Source: Promethearchaeota archaeon
Lineage (GTDB): Archaea > Asgardarchaeota > Lokiarchaeia > Sigyniarchaeales > SOKP01
DNA length: 25,314 nucleotides
Assembly: GCA_016839705.1 (NCBI GenBank)
Contig: JAEOTR010000039.1
Coordinates: 1 to 25,314 of the forward strand
Reading direction: 5' to 3'
Numbering within the stretch: position 1 is the stretch's first letter; each line of letters starts with the position of its first letter. A model generated the notes under the pieces. It was not told the DNA's origin. It saw nothing but the letters and a program-made list of their open reading frames with translations, and ran no database searches. A program made the position numbers and the translations under genes. Below are positions 8,278-17,476 of the stretch, piece by piece.

Positions 8278-10026
8278 ATGGCAGACACAGAAGAGAGAAA
8301 AGAACTTAACATTGATTTTTCCAGATCTCGAAGATTTTTTGAACAAGAAGGGAGTTCACGAGTTATAACATCTGGATCTCTTTATATGTTTTTCGCATTA
8401 ATAAATGCTGGTTGTATATGGTTTTTCATAATACTCGCTACAGGTTGGGAAGGATTAAAATATTTTGGTCTCACAACGGCTATAAACGGTATTGTAGGAT
8501 TAATTGGTATTGGAATCTCCAGATATTTTATTGCAGAAATAAAAACCGCATTTATCATTGATGAAGAATTGGGACGTTTAAAAAGTGCAACCTATTCAAA
8601 ATTATTATTTTTAATAGGTTTAGGATTAGCGATTGTGTTGATTACAATGCCTATTACGTTAGGTTATATAATTACAAACCAACTATTAAGAGAATGTATA
8701 TTTGCTTCAGGATTTTCATCTATTCTATTATATACTAACTTTGTTTTTCAAATTGGTTTAGAGATTAAGAATAGATATGATATTATAGCGTTTCTATCGA
8801 TATTCAATGGGATGTTTCTATTAGCTTGGGGTCTTCTTTTTATGGCATTCAATTTTAATCCTTTTTGGTTTGCATTTTATCCATTCTTTAATCTCTCTAC
8901 TACATTTTTATTAGCTTATTTTTTTGTTAAAGTAGCACCCTATATGATTAAGGATATTATCCATGCAGGTTTGAGAACAAGAACTATGAAGACGAGAGCA
9001 TCCCCACATATTAAAGGTCTCATTGAAGAACATCAAATTTGGTTATATATTAAGAATTCCCTTTTTTCAATGCTAACTAATGTTCAAAATTCAAAATTTT
9101 TTGAAGATATTTTATTTTTCTTCGCTGCTATATATCTAGCAATTTTTACAGGCTCTGAATTTCAAGGATACGCATTAAGTTTATTAACCGTTTTAATGAC
9201 ATATGGCGCGGTCAAAACAGTAATACTTTATTATTCTGCACCACTAAATATTGAAATTGCTGAGGCCTGCGCTAAAAACCGACATGAAACCATTGAAGAT
9301 TCTATCAATGATTCGACTAGGATCTCAAGCATCTTAGCTCTTGGATTCCTTACTGCAATGGCAGCTCTTTCAGGAGAATTATTGCTTTATTTGCATAGTG
9401 ATTTGTTTATTGATGGGGGGATACTTAATGTAGAAAACTATTCAATGGCACAAATTTTATTTCTTCTTATCATTTTAGGTCAGTTTATTTATGGATACTC
9501 TACGTTATTTGGGAATGCTCTAATAGGATCAGGAAATGGTAAATCCGCAGCAAGAGGATTCTTAATAACATTTATTATAATATCTGCTTTGTCACCCATT
9601 TTTATTTTCCTTTTTAACATTGTGGGCATAGGAGTTGTGATGTTGATCTCTTCATTATTTCTATTTCCCTATACATTAATTCAACTTAAAAAAAAGCTAA
9701 AGGTTAGGTACCGCTTTAGAATTTATCGGTTAATCCCTAATTTATTAATCTTATTCTTTATTTTATGGATTATTCCTTTTGTTAACACCATTACCCTATT
9801 AATTGGTATAGTTTTAGGTGCGGTTATATATTTATTGTTAAACCCTTTCTTTGGTATATCAATACCGGAAGATCTTCAAATGATTAATGATTTATTTGCT
9901 ACATTACGACTAAAAATTCTAGGAGATTTAATAGTAAATGCCATGAAAATAACCTATAATTTCAGTCCACTAAATAAGGATAAAATTGTTTTAGAAAAAA
10001 GCAAATTAGTTTTAGTAAAGAAATAA
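8278..10026 (+). CDS. MATE/MOP-superfamily polytopic transporter (oligosaccharide flippase-like)
   Basis: 582 aa with roughly 13-14 hydrophobic segments. GISRYFIAE after TM2, ALIGSGNGK, FNIVGIGV and a C-terminal helical pair resemble Wzx/MurJ/SpoVB-type flippases. Confidence 0.65.
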   Translation: MADTEERKELNIDFSRSRRFFEQEGSSRVITSGSLYMFFALINAGCIWFFIILATGWEGLKYFGLTTAINGIVGLIGIGISRYFIAEIKTAFIIDEELGRLKSATYSKLLFLIGLGLAIVLITMPITLGYIITNQLLRECIFASGFSSILLYTNFVFQIGLEIKNRYDIIAFLSIFNGMFLLAWGLLFMAFNFNPFWFAFYPFFNLSTTFLLAYFFVKVAPYMIKDIIHAGLRTRTMKTRASPHIKGLIEEHQIWLYIKNSLFSMLTNVQNSKFFEDILFFFAAIYLAIFTGSEFQGYALSLLTVLMTYGAVKTVILYYSAPLNIEIAEACAKNRHETIEDSINDSTRISSILALGFLTAMAALSGELLLYLHSDLFIDGGILNVENYSMAQILFLLIILGQFIYGYSTLFGNALIGSGNGKSAARGFLITFIIISALSPIFIFLFNIVGIGVVMLISSLFLFPYTLIQLKKKLKVRYRFRIYRLIPNLLILFFILWIIPFVNTITLLIGIVLGAVIYLLLNPFFGISIPEDLQMINDLFATLRLKILGDLIVNAMKITYNFSPLNKDKIVLEKSKLVLVKK

Positions 10027-10139
10027 TAAATAAGTTTCAAAATTTTTATGATTTCTCTATTAAAGAATAATCAAACTATGGTTTTTACGTTATATTAATA
10101 CAGATTTTAGATGTAAAACTTATTAAAAGTAATTCGATG

Positions 10140-10148
10140 AAAAAAAAA
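10140..10148 (-). terminator. T9 terminator candidate downstream of 3-hydroxyacyl-CoA dehydrogenase
   Basis: A9 on + strand about 40 nt past the minus-strand stop at 10189, in a convergent gap. Confidence 0.4.
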
Positions 10149-10188
10149 GTATATTAAAAACACAGTAAAATTATAAGAGTGTAGAATC

Positions 10189-11040
10189 TTAATACTCGTA
10201 AAATCCCTTTCTTGATTTTCTCCCCAATAATCCATCTTCGACCATTTGCTTTAAAAGTGGGCTTGATTGATACTTTTCTCCCAAAGTATTCGCTAAGTAT
10301 CTGCCGATGTGGAAATATATATCATTACCCACCAGATCAGAAAGCTCTAATGGCCCCATAGGAAAATTAAAAGCTAATTTGCATGCTATGTCAATATCTT
10401 CTGCACTTGCTATGCCCTTTCTTAATATCTCAACAGCTTCGTTACATAATACATAGATAAGTCGACTGGTGACAAATCCTGGAGAATCTCTTACAGATAC
10501 TACCGTTTTATTTAAACTTTCAGAGAAAGACTTTGCTCTATCAAAAATTTCATCAGATGTTTTCTTACCTCTGATTAACTCAATTAATTTCATGACTGGA
10601 GCGGGATTAAAAAAGTGGATTCCAACAATTCTCTCTTGTAATTTAGATTTTAAAGCTATATCTGTTATGCTTAATGAGGATGTATTAGAAGCAAGAATAA
10701 CATCTTTATTACATATTGCATCAAGCTCGGAAAACAATTGCTGCTTCAAATTCATATCTTCAAAAACTGCCTCAATCACTATTTGTGTATCCCTTACTGC
10801 TTCATCTCTATTTATGTTTAAATTAATTCTATTCAAAATTTTCTCTGCATCTTTTTTAGAAATCTTATTCTTAAGCACAAAAAATCTCTCTAGGTTTTTT
10901 TCAATGGAATTTTTAGTGTTTTTCAGTATTTCAATATCGATATCCACTAAATTCACATTAAATCCATGGGTGGCGCATAATTGTGCAATTCCTGAACCCA
11001 TTATCCCAGAACCAATAACACAAACATTTTTTATATCCAT
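10189..11040 (-). CDS. hbd: 3-hydroxyacyl-CoA (3-hydroxybutyryl-CoA) dehydrogenase
   Basis: VIGSGIMGSGIA, VIEAVFE, LASNTSSLSIT, GIHFFNPAPVMKLIE, DSPGFVTSR, PMGPLELSDLVG, LGRKSRKGFYEY. GAGGG RBS upstream. Confidence 0.93.
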   Translation of the reverse strand: MDIKNVCVIGSGIMGSGIAQLCATHGFNVNLVDIDIEILKNTKNSIEKNLERFFVLKNKISKKDAEKILNRINLNINRDEAVRDTQIVIEAVFEDMNLKQQLFSELDAICNKDVILASNTSSLSITDIALKSKLQERIVGIHFFNPAPVMKLIELIRGKKTSDEIFDRAKSFSESLNKTVVSVRDSPGFVTSRLIYVLCNEAVEILRKGIASAEDIDIACKLAFNFPMGPLELSDLVGNDIYFHIGRYLANTLGEKYQSSPLLKQMVEDGLLGRKSRKGFYEY

Positions 11041-11050
11041 TCTTCCCTCA

Positions 11051-11839
11051 CTACTTTCTAAACTGATTAAAGTCTGCTTTTCGCTTTTCTACAAATGCAT
11101 TTTTTCCTTCTAAAGCCTCATCGGTGTTGTAATAAAGGGATAATCCCCCAACCCCTAATTGTGTAATACCTGTAACTCCATCCGTCTCAGCTAAGAATGC
11201 ATATTTCAGCATTTTTAATGCTGTTGGACTTTTTTCTAAGATTTCTTGACACCATTGATTCACTTCTTCATCTAGCTTCTCCATTGGCACCACGGAATTA
11301 ACCCACCCCATTTCTAAAGCTTGTTGAGCAGTATAGCGACGACATAAGTACCAAATTTCTTTAGCTCGTTTTACACCAACAGCACGCATTAAATCCCCGG
11401 TACCATATCCAGGATCAAATGAACCAACTCGAGGACCGGCCTGTCCAAATTGTGCATGTTCTGCAGCGATACTAAGGTCACAGTTGACATGCCAAACATT
11501 CCCCCCACCTATTGCGTACCCATTTACTCTTGCTATAACGGGTTTAGGAAGCGTTCGGATCAAATGAGTTACTTTCTGCCATCCAACTTCTAAAGGTAAT
11601 AAATATTCTCCCTTATATCCACCTTTTTCTCGTGTAGACTGATCTCCCCCTGTACAAAATGCTTTTTCCCCCACACCTGTGAATACTACGACACCGATTT
11701 CATTGCTTGCACACTTACTAAATGCATCTATTAACTCATGAACAGTTTGCTGTGTGCAGGCATTATAAACTTGAGGCCGATTAATTGTAATACGGGCAAT
11801 ATTGTTTTTTACTTCATACATAATTTCTTCGTAATTCAT
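11051..11839 (-). CDS. Crotonase-fold MenB/BadI-family enzyme (2-ketocyclohexanecarboxyl-CoA hydrolase-like or DHNA-CoA synthase)
   Basis: ITINRPQVYNA, FCTGGDQS, PKPVIARVNGYAIGGG, FGQAGPRVGSFDPGYG, EIWYLCRRY, SPTAL, EGKNAFVEKR. AAGGTGAA at 11855-11848 (minus) favours ATG at 11839 over TTG at 11845. Confidence 0.88.
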   Translation of the reverse strand: MNYEEIMYEVKNNIARITINRPQVYNACTQQTVHELIDAFSKCASNEIGVVVFTGVGEKAFCTGGDQSTREKGGYKGEYLLPLEVGWQKVTHLIRTLPKPVIARVNGYAIGGGNVWHVNCDLSIAAEHAQFGQAGPRVGSFDPGYGTGDLMRAVGVKRAKEIWYLCRRYTAQQALEMGWVNSVVPMEKLDEEVNQWCQEILEKSPTALKMLKYAFLAETDGVTGITQLGVGGLSLYYNTDEALEGKNAFVEKRKADFNQFRK

Positions 11840-12007
11840 ATTCAAATTTCACCTTATTTTTTATTTGTTTTTAATAATGATTAATCATTTAAAATTATCC
11901 TAATATATTTCTTTCATTTTATAACACTCTAAAGTTAGATTAAACATAGATTAGTTACACACTTTCAGTAAACTATTTATTTAGATAAACTTCTTAATTT
12001 CTTCATA

Positions 12008-12628
12008 ATGAATAAGAATTTTTTTCGTATTACTGGATTCGCAAATATAATTTCTGCTGTATTTTTGTTATTATTTTGGTTTTTATATGCAATTTTGTTA
12101 CCTATAAATGAAGTTTCCACAAATTATCATTTATTGATTCTTGATCCTGATTGGCTTCTTGTAAATGGGTTAGGAGTTATTGGATTTGTTTTAGCACTAG
12201 TTGGTATTTTAGGGATATTCTTCAAACAATTTAATGACCTAACAGAGTTGGGAATGTTTGGTTTCTTGATAACTTTTGTAGGACAAGTATTATATAATGC
12301 TGGTATATATTATGAAACCTTTATTTGGCCGGTTCTTGCAGAAAGTGATCCTAATCTAATTAATTTATCTAGTGGCCCTATTTATACTAATCCCGCCTTT
12401 TTCATAATGTTAATATTGGCAGGTAGTATTTATGCTATAGGATTTCTTATTTTTGGATATTCAACTTATAAGACTGATACTTTTTCTAAATGGGCTATTC
12501 TTCTTCTTGTAATTGGAGTAGTTTTGTTTATTCCAGGTTTTTTTCCCTACGCAGTACGGACTGTGGGAATTATTGCGTATGCGGGAGGATTAATTTGGGT
12601 GGGATATATGTTAATTAAACAAAAATAG
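12008..12628 (+). CDS. Integral membrane protein (about 6 TM), unknown function
   Basis: 206-aa hydrophobic ORF with alternating TM segments; co-oriented with and 47 nt upstream of the creatininase-family gene. Confidence 0.75.
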   Translation: MNKNFFRITGFANIISAVFLLLFWFLYAILLPINEVSTNYHLLILDPDWLLVNGLGVIGFVLALVGILGIFFKQFNDLTELGMFGFLITFVGQVLYNAGIYYETFIWPVLAESDPNLINLSSGPIYTNPAFFIMLILAGSIYAIGFLIFGYSTYKTDTFSKWAILLLVIGVVLFIPGFFPYAVRTVGIIAYAGGLIWVGYMLIKQK

Positions 12629-12675
12629 GAATTTATTATTGAATCACTTCAATTTTATTAAGAGAATACTAATAA

Positions 12676-13452
12676 TTGAAAATTCTTATGGAAACTATCC
12701 GAATGGAAGAAATGAATTGGGTAGATATTGGAGACGCAATTGAAAGGGGATTTACTACAGTCATTATTGGGATTGGGTCTACAGAACAACATGGACCACA
12801 TCTTCCTACCCATACAGATACGATTATTGGCGATATATTAGCCAATAAGATAGCATTAAAGCTAGGAAATGCTTTACAAGCTCAGACTATTAGAGTTGGG
12901 TGTTCAGACCATCATCTGTCTTTTCCCGGAACAATATCACTGGAGAAAGATACGTTAAAAGCAATAATCTTTGATTATGTTAGAAGTCTCTCAAAACATG
13001 GTTTCCAAAATATCATCTTTATACCTTCACACGGTGGTAATGTTAAAGCAATTCAGGAAGCTGTGAAAGAATTACAATCTGACTACCAAGATATCAACAT
13101 TATTGGTCATACAAATATATTAAAATTTATAATGTATGAATGGCAAATTGCGAATGAATTTGGGATAACTAATGAAGAAGCCGGCGCCCATGCAGGTGAA
13201 GTTGAGACTTCCCAAGTATTAGCCATAGCAGAAAATCAGGTCAGAAAAGAGCGTTTTAAACCAGGATACGTGGGTATACTTGGTCCAGAAGAAGAAAAAT
13301 TGTTATATGAAAAGGGAATCTCTGCTTTATCAGAAATAGGTGTTATAGGTGATCCAACTCATGCAGATATAGAGAAGGGCAAGATTTATATCGAGAAGTT
13401 AGCAGAAAACCTCACAAATGATATTAAAGAAATATTAAATAGTAAGAAATAG
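12676..13452 (+). CDS. Creatininase-family amidohydrolase (creatininase/MftE/ArfB family)
   Basis: GSTEQHGPHLPTHTD, SDHHLSFPGTISL, SHGGN, HAGEVETS, GVIGDP metal and active-site motifs. Start may be ATG 12688. Confidence 0.92.
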   Translation: MKILMETIRMEEMNWVDIGDAIERGFTTVIIGIGSTEQHGPHLPTHTDTIIGDILANKIALKLGNALQAQTIRVGCSDHHLSFPGTISLEKDTLKAIIFDYVRSLSKHGFQNIIFIPSHGGNVKAIQEAVKELQSDYQDINIIGHTNILKFIMYEWQIANEFGITNEEAGAHAGEVETSQVLAIAENQVRKERFKPGYVGILGPEEEKLLYEKGISALSEIGVIGDPTHADIEKGKIYIEKLAENLTNDIKEILNSKK

Positions 13453-13648
13453 CTTAAATTATAACTAAAATTAATCTTTTTCTAAAGTACTTCTTTAATA
13501 CCAATCATAATTTATCTTCGAAACACTCTAAAACTCCTTCTTTCGTTTTTAACGCACAAATTTCACGATCTTAAATTGATAAATTAAATGACTATAGTTT
13601 CTTTTCTAAGAAGTAGAAATATGTATTAACTAAATCCTTAATGGGATG

Positions 13649-14176
13649 TTAAAACTCCATTTTCTGTTTGATTTCTTGAACCATCTTATATCCATCTTCA
13701 TTTATCTCTGTTAACATATCTCTAAGGATTTCATTAATAGCCATCCCATGTAATTCGCAAGAAACATAGAGGAGGGATATAATTTCTTTTGCTAACGTTG
13801 ATAATATTTTAACATCTTTGATTGGTATTCTGATACCAAGAGCTTTTAAGTCCATATGAGTTTCTTTTTCTTGTTGTCTAATCGTTATCAAGATGTCATT
13901 TTTTCTGCCCTTCCACTCTTCAGTGATAGCCCTTAGCGACAACATATACCTCTTAGTGGGACTCCCAATTCCCATAACATCCTTAGCAAATTCTAATGGT
14001 TCGGAATTTCTTATTGTTTTTAAGCCAAAGGTTCTATTAATCTTGTAATTCTTGTCTAATTTAACTTTCATTTTGGAGATCTCATCAGTTAGCTGTTCAA
14101 CTCTTAACGCTAACTTTTCAAATTTTTCGAGAAGTAAATCCTCAACATTTGATTCATAGTTACTCATTATAATCAC
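13649..14176 (-). CDS. Hypothetical protein with N-terminal coiled coil and possible PC4-like nucleic-acid-binding domain
   Basis: Heptad-like LLEKFEKLALRVEQLTDEISKMKVKL, then EEWKG..ILITIRQ...GIRIP. Start likely ATG 14167. The domain call is tentative. Confidence 0.6.
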   Translation of the reverse strand: MIIMSNYESNVEDLLLEKFEKLALRVEQLTDEISKMKVKLDKNYKINRTFGLKTIRNSEPLEFAKDVMGIGSPTKRYMLSLRAITEEWKGRKNDILITIRQQEKETHMDLKALGIRIPIKDVKILSTLAKEIISLLYVSCELHGMAINEILRDMLTEINEDGYKMVQEIKQKMEF

Positions 14177-14314
14177 GGAAACAGAATTTGGGTGTGATAC
14201 TTTTTGATTATTTGTTTAATAAAACTATTTATTAAACTATTAATCTATAGAGAATTTTTAATTTTCAATTAAAAGATCAACTAAAAATTTCTTTTTCATA
14301 CACGTACTATATAG

Positions 14315-14323
14315 AAAAAAAAA
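14315..14323 (-). terminator. T9 terminator candidate downstream of the 14346..15587 gene
   Basis: A9 on + strand about 22 nt past the minus-strand stop. Confidence 0.35.
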
Positions 14324-14345
14324 GTTGTAAATAGGTTGATGTTAA

Positions 14346-15587
14346 CTAAACATCATTATTACTATTTTCAAAATTATTTTCATAGTTTTCTTGATAATCT
14401 CCAGGATCTAATCCTTCTAGACTATCTTCTTCTATATTTGGCTGAGGTTCATATGTACTAGTTTCTGGTAAGGAGGGTTCTATTTCTTCCTCTTTATCTT
14501 CTTTTTTTGGTTCTTTTCGCTCTTTATGATATTTGTGAATTTCATATATCCCAATAATCACTAAAAGCAAGATAAAGAAGACCAAAACAGCAACATTCTT
14601 CCAGAAATTGATTGCATCATTATCTACTTGACTTAAAAAATTTAACCAGGGAATGTTTATGGCAGAAAATATCTCATATGGGAAGAAATGAATAAATTCA
14701 TAAGTTACCTTTGAAAGAATTAACCAGATAATAACTGTATCCATTCCAAATCTTTTCAGTCTTTTACTTAGAAGTTCCGCTTGAGACCCCATTAGAGTGC
14801 TGAGAGAATAAAAAATTATGAAGAGATCGGGAATTATTATGCCCAGATATGCCCAAATAGTAGATAATTCTTCTTGATCTGTGCCTGTGCCAACAAGACC
14901 CATATAGATTTTTAGAACCAAGAATAGAGTATAGAATGAAACTAAAATTGCAAATATACCGAACCATCCATTAAAACTCTTTTTAAACATATAAACTATG
15001 CAGATAATCGTAAGTCCTATAAGCACACCTCCCACTATGAGATAAATCCCATTTAGATACCATGGAACCGCTAAGGGTGTTTCTAATATGATAGAAAAAT
15101 CAAAGAGTGTTGGTCCTATAATAAAAAGGTATAAAAATAACAATGATAAGGCTAAGCCACCGAAAAAGATTATAAACCTTAAAAAACGGTTTTTTTTTTC
15201 TCCCGAAGCTAATTTCTCATCTATTTTCTTTCCAATCAAATAACATCCGTAAAAGATAAACCAACTTGTAAAAAAGAAGTAGGTGATAACTGAAATAGCA
15301 AACATGACAACAAGAATTATTGATATCAAGAGCATTATTGGTAAAGAAATCAGAAGGAACAATATTATTTTCCATGGTGGATATTCAAAAATATTTTTTT
15401 TAGAGATAAGAGACAGCAAAAATAGGAACATTAAGAATACCAAAAAAGGGAGAAAAATCAAGATGCCAATTATTGATACAATACGATTGGGATAAGGGAT
15501 TATCGCTACACCTACTAATAACCAAATTACAAGCGCTGTTAATCTCCAATTTTTACCTATTTTCTTTAAATTATCAATGATATCCAT
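14346..15587 (-). CDS. Polytopic membrane protein (about 9-10 TM) with acidic disordered C-terminal tail
   Basis: 413 aa, many hydrophobic segments; last ~60 aa are K/E- then E/D/N-rich low complexity. Confidence 0.8.
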   Translation of the reverse strand: MDIIDNLKKIGKNWRLTALVIWLLVGVAIIPYPNRIVSIIGILIFLPFLVFLMFLFLLSLISKKNIFEYPPWKIILFLLISLPIMLLISIILVVMFAISVITYFFFTSWFIFYGCYLIGKKIDEKLASGEKKNRFLRFIIFFGGLALSLLFLYLFIIGPTLFDFSIILETPLAVPWYLNGIYLIVGGVLIGLTIICIVYMFKKSFNGWFGIFAILVSFYTLFLVLKIYMGLVGTGTDQEELSTIWAYLGIIIPDLFIIFYSLSTLMGSQAELLSKRLKRFGMDTVIIWLILSKVTYEFIHFFPYEIFSAINIPWLNFLSQVDNDAINFWKNVAVLVFFILLLVIIGIYEIHKYHKERKEPKKEDKEEEIEPSLPETSTYEPQPNIEEDSLEGLDPGDYQENYENNFENSNNDV

Positions 15588-15671
15588 AAAAAATAAGTCA
15601 AACTTAATATATTTAAACTTTCTCTTTCAATCGAGCAATTTATAAATCAATATGAAGGCTTTGAAAGCTCA

Positions 15672-16475
15672 TTATTTCATAAAGTCAACTAGTGTTTTTT
15701 GAGTATTGAACTGATGGTAAGAAAGACCCCATTTCTTTTTTATCTCATTGACGGATTCTGGTGCGAAACCGGCAAAATGGTTATTGACAATAATAAAAAT
15801 TTCAGTAATATTTGGTATTTTCATCAATTTTTCAATATTCTTGTCTAAATCAGATAAAGATTTTTTTTGTTTTCTTTGAATCCGATTAAAAACAGTTAGC
15901 TCACGGTCACCTATAAGTCTTATATAATAATTTTTTTGATTTTCTATATAAAAGGGTATAATTCCTGGCTTGTAAGTTGTTCCTAAAATGATTCTCTTAC
16001 CATCAATAAAGTTAGAAAGAATTTTTGAGTTAAACCAAGAATTATCTCTTAATTCAATTACATATTTATATTCCGAGGGTATTTCTTTAATTAATGACTG
16101 TAATTTTCTAAAATGGGTTTCTGAATATTTAAACCAGGGGGGAAATTGTAAGAGAAAGTACTCAATCTTCGAGCTTAAAAGTGATAATAAGGAAAAGAAA
16201 TTGTTAATATTTAAACCCAAATCCGTTTCATGAAGCTTATGTGTTATATTCTGCCATACTTTTACTATAAAACGGAAATTTTCTGGAACACGGTTTCTCC
16301 AATTTAAAACCATAGATTCAGTAGGTAAATTGTAAAAAGTAGAATTGATTTCAACAATGTCAAAAATTTTCGAAAAATAGAGAAGATGTTGAGCCTTTTC
16401 GAGTTGTTTTGGATAAAAAGGACCAACCCAATCTTTATAATCCCATCCTGCAGTTCCAATTTTGATTCTTACCAT
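15672..16475 (-). CDS. DUF72 (YecE-like) TIM-barrel protein
   Basis: IGTAGWDYKDWVGPFYP, VEINSTFY, FRFIVK..QNITH, LLQFPP, IELRDNSW, YIRLIG, VNNHFAGFAP. Confidence 0.93.
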   Translation of the reverse strand: MVRIKIGTAGWDYKDWVGPFYPKQLEKAQHLLYFSKIFDIVEINSTFYNLPTESMVLNWRNRVPENFRFIVKVWQNITHKLHETDLGLNINNFFSLLSLLSSKIEYFLLQFPPWFKYSETHFRKLQSLIKEIPSEYKYVIELRDNSWFNSKILSNFIDGKRIILGTTYKPGIIPFYIENQKNYYIRLIGDRELTVFNRIQRKQKKSLSDLDKNIEKLMKIPNITEIFIIVNNHFAGFAPESVNEIKKKWGLSYHQFNTQKTLVDFMK

Positions 16476-16540
16476 TTAAATGGAAATGAAACCTTATCTT
16501 ATTTTAATGATTCAATATTTTTCTAAACTGAAATAGTTAA

Positions 16541-16552
16541 TTTTTATAAAAA
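16541..16552. promoter_or_regulatory. Palindromic TATA-box candidate between divergent DUF72 and coiled-coil gene
   Basis: TTTTTATAAAAA is self-complementary and lies centrally in the 129-nt divergent gap. The AT-rich background lowers its significance. Confidence 0.35.
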
Positions 16553-16587
16553 ATTGATTGTGTTTTTAAGAAAAAGATTATAGAAAT

Positions 16588-16594
16588 AAGGTGA
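16588..16594 (+). promoter_or_regulatory. Ribosome-binding site AAGGTGA
   Basis: Complementary to the archaeal 16S 3' tail (UCACCU); 10 nt before TTG 16605. The same heptamer precedes the paralog and the crotonase gene. Confidence 0.6.
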
Positions 16595-16604
16595 ACTCTA
16601 ATCT

Positions 16605-17330
16605 TTGATTGACTGGGGCTTAGCAGAAGAAAAACCAGATAAAAAGCAATCTATTGAGGGTAAAAAATTATTAGATCTCAGAACGCAAATTCATAATCTC
16701 GAACAGGGTATAACCCAAAAGAATAAAGAATTAGAAGAAATTAAAGCTGAGATAAAAACAACTAAAGATAAACTAGCAGGTCGAGAAAGAAGTTTAATTC
16801 AACTTACTGAAAAAAGGTCTACAGCAAGAAAATCACTTGACAAAATTAAAGAAGAGAAATTACATGCTGAAATTGAAGTTACAAAATTAACGACCGCGAA
16901 ATCGGATTTGGAAAAAAAATTGACGGAAGCTACACAAAAAATTACAACTCTGGAAGGGCAGTTAAATCATTTCTCACTGAAATTTGAAGAAATTGAACAA
17001 AAAATTTTAGCTAAAGACAAGGAGGATCAGTACAGAGAGGAAGAAATATTAAATAAAGCGGATGAGATACTGGAAAAAGAGAAGAAAATACAAAATATTA
17101 AATCTACAATAGAGCAACGTGAAAAAGATATTGAATTTCTTAAAAAGAACTTAGAAGTGGAGAAAGGAAAAACTTCTTATCAATTGAAAAGGGTTCAATC
17201 TATTGAAGCTCAGATAATAATGGCAGAAAATGTGTTAAGAATTTTTACTAAAATTAAAGATATAATTGCAGTTAAAGGATTTATCTCCGATAAAGAACTT
17301 GAGTCCCTTCTGACAGAAATAGAGGAATAA
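16605..17330 (+). CDS. Long coiled-coil protein, paralog A
   Basis: 241 aa, K/E/L-rich heptads, with no Pro after residue 11. Head IDWGLAEEKPDKKQSIEG..LLDLR and tail KIKDIIAVKGFISDKELESLL are shared with the next gene. Confidence 0.88.
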   Translation: MIDWGLAEEKPDKKQSIEGKKLLDLRTQIHNLEQGITQKNKELEEIKAEIKTTKDKLAGRERSLIQLTEKRSTARKSLDKIKEEKLHAEIEVTKLTTAKSDLEKKLTEATQKITTLEGQLNHFSLKFEEIEQKILAKDKEDQYREEEILNKADEILEKEKKIQNIKSTIEQREKDIEFLKKNLEVEKGKTSYQLKRVQSIEAQIIMAENVLRIFTKIKDIIAVKGFISDKELESLLTEIEE

Positions 17331-17388
17331 GCTATAAATACTAAAGATTATATGATTACTCCAAAGTATTTACCATTTTAATGTAAAA

Positions 17389-17396
17389 TTTATATA
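17389..17396 (+). promoter_or_regulatory. TATA-box candidate upstream of paralog B
   Basis: TTTATATA preceded by a purine run (AAAA, BRE-like) in the intergenic region. Confidence 0.3.
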
Positions 17397-17463
17397 TAAT
17401 CTATTTTAAGAGAATAATTATATAGTAATATATATTAAAAAATTAACAAATGTGAATTACTCT

Positions 17464-17470
17464 AAGGTGA
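17464..17470 (+). promoter_or_regulatory. Ribosome-binding site AAGGTGA for paralog B
   Basis: Lies 6 nt before in-frame ATT 17477; its TGA is the in-frame upstream stop. Confidence 0.6.
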
Positions 17471-17476
17471 AATAAT

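Noticed and set aside
13453-13648. Coding-looking minus-strand fragment (DREICALKTKEGVLECFEDKL*) in the convergent intergenic gap
   Set aside because: About 21 codons bounded by stops, with no start or RBS at its 5' end; cannot be supported as a gene or pseudogene.
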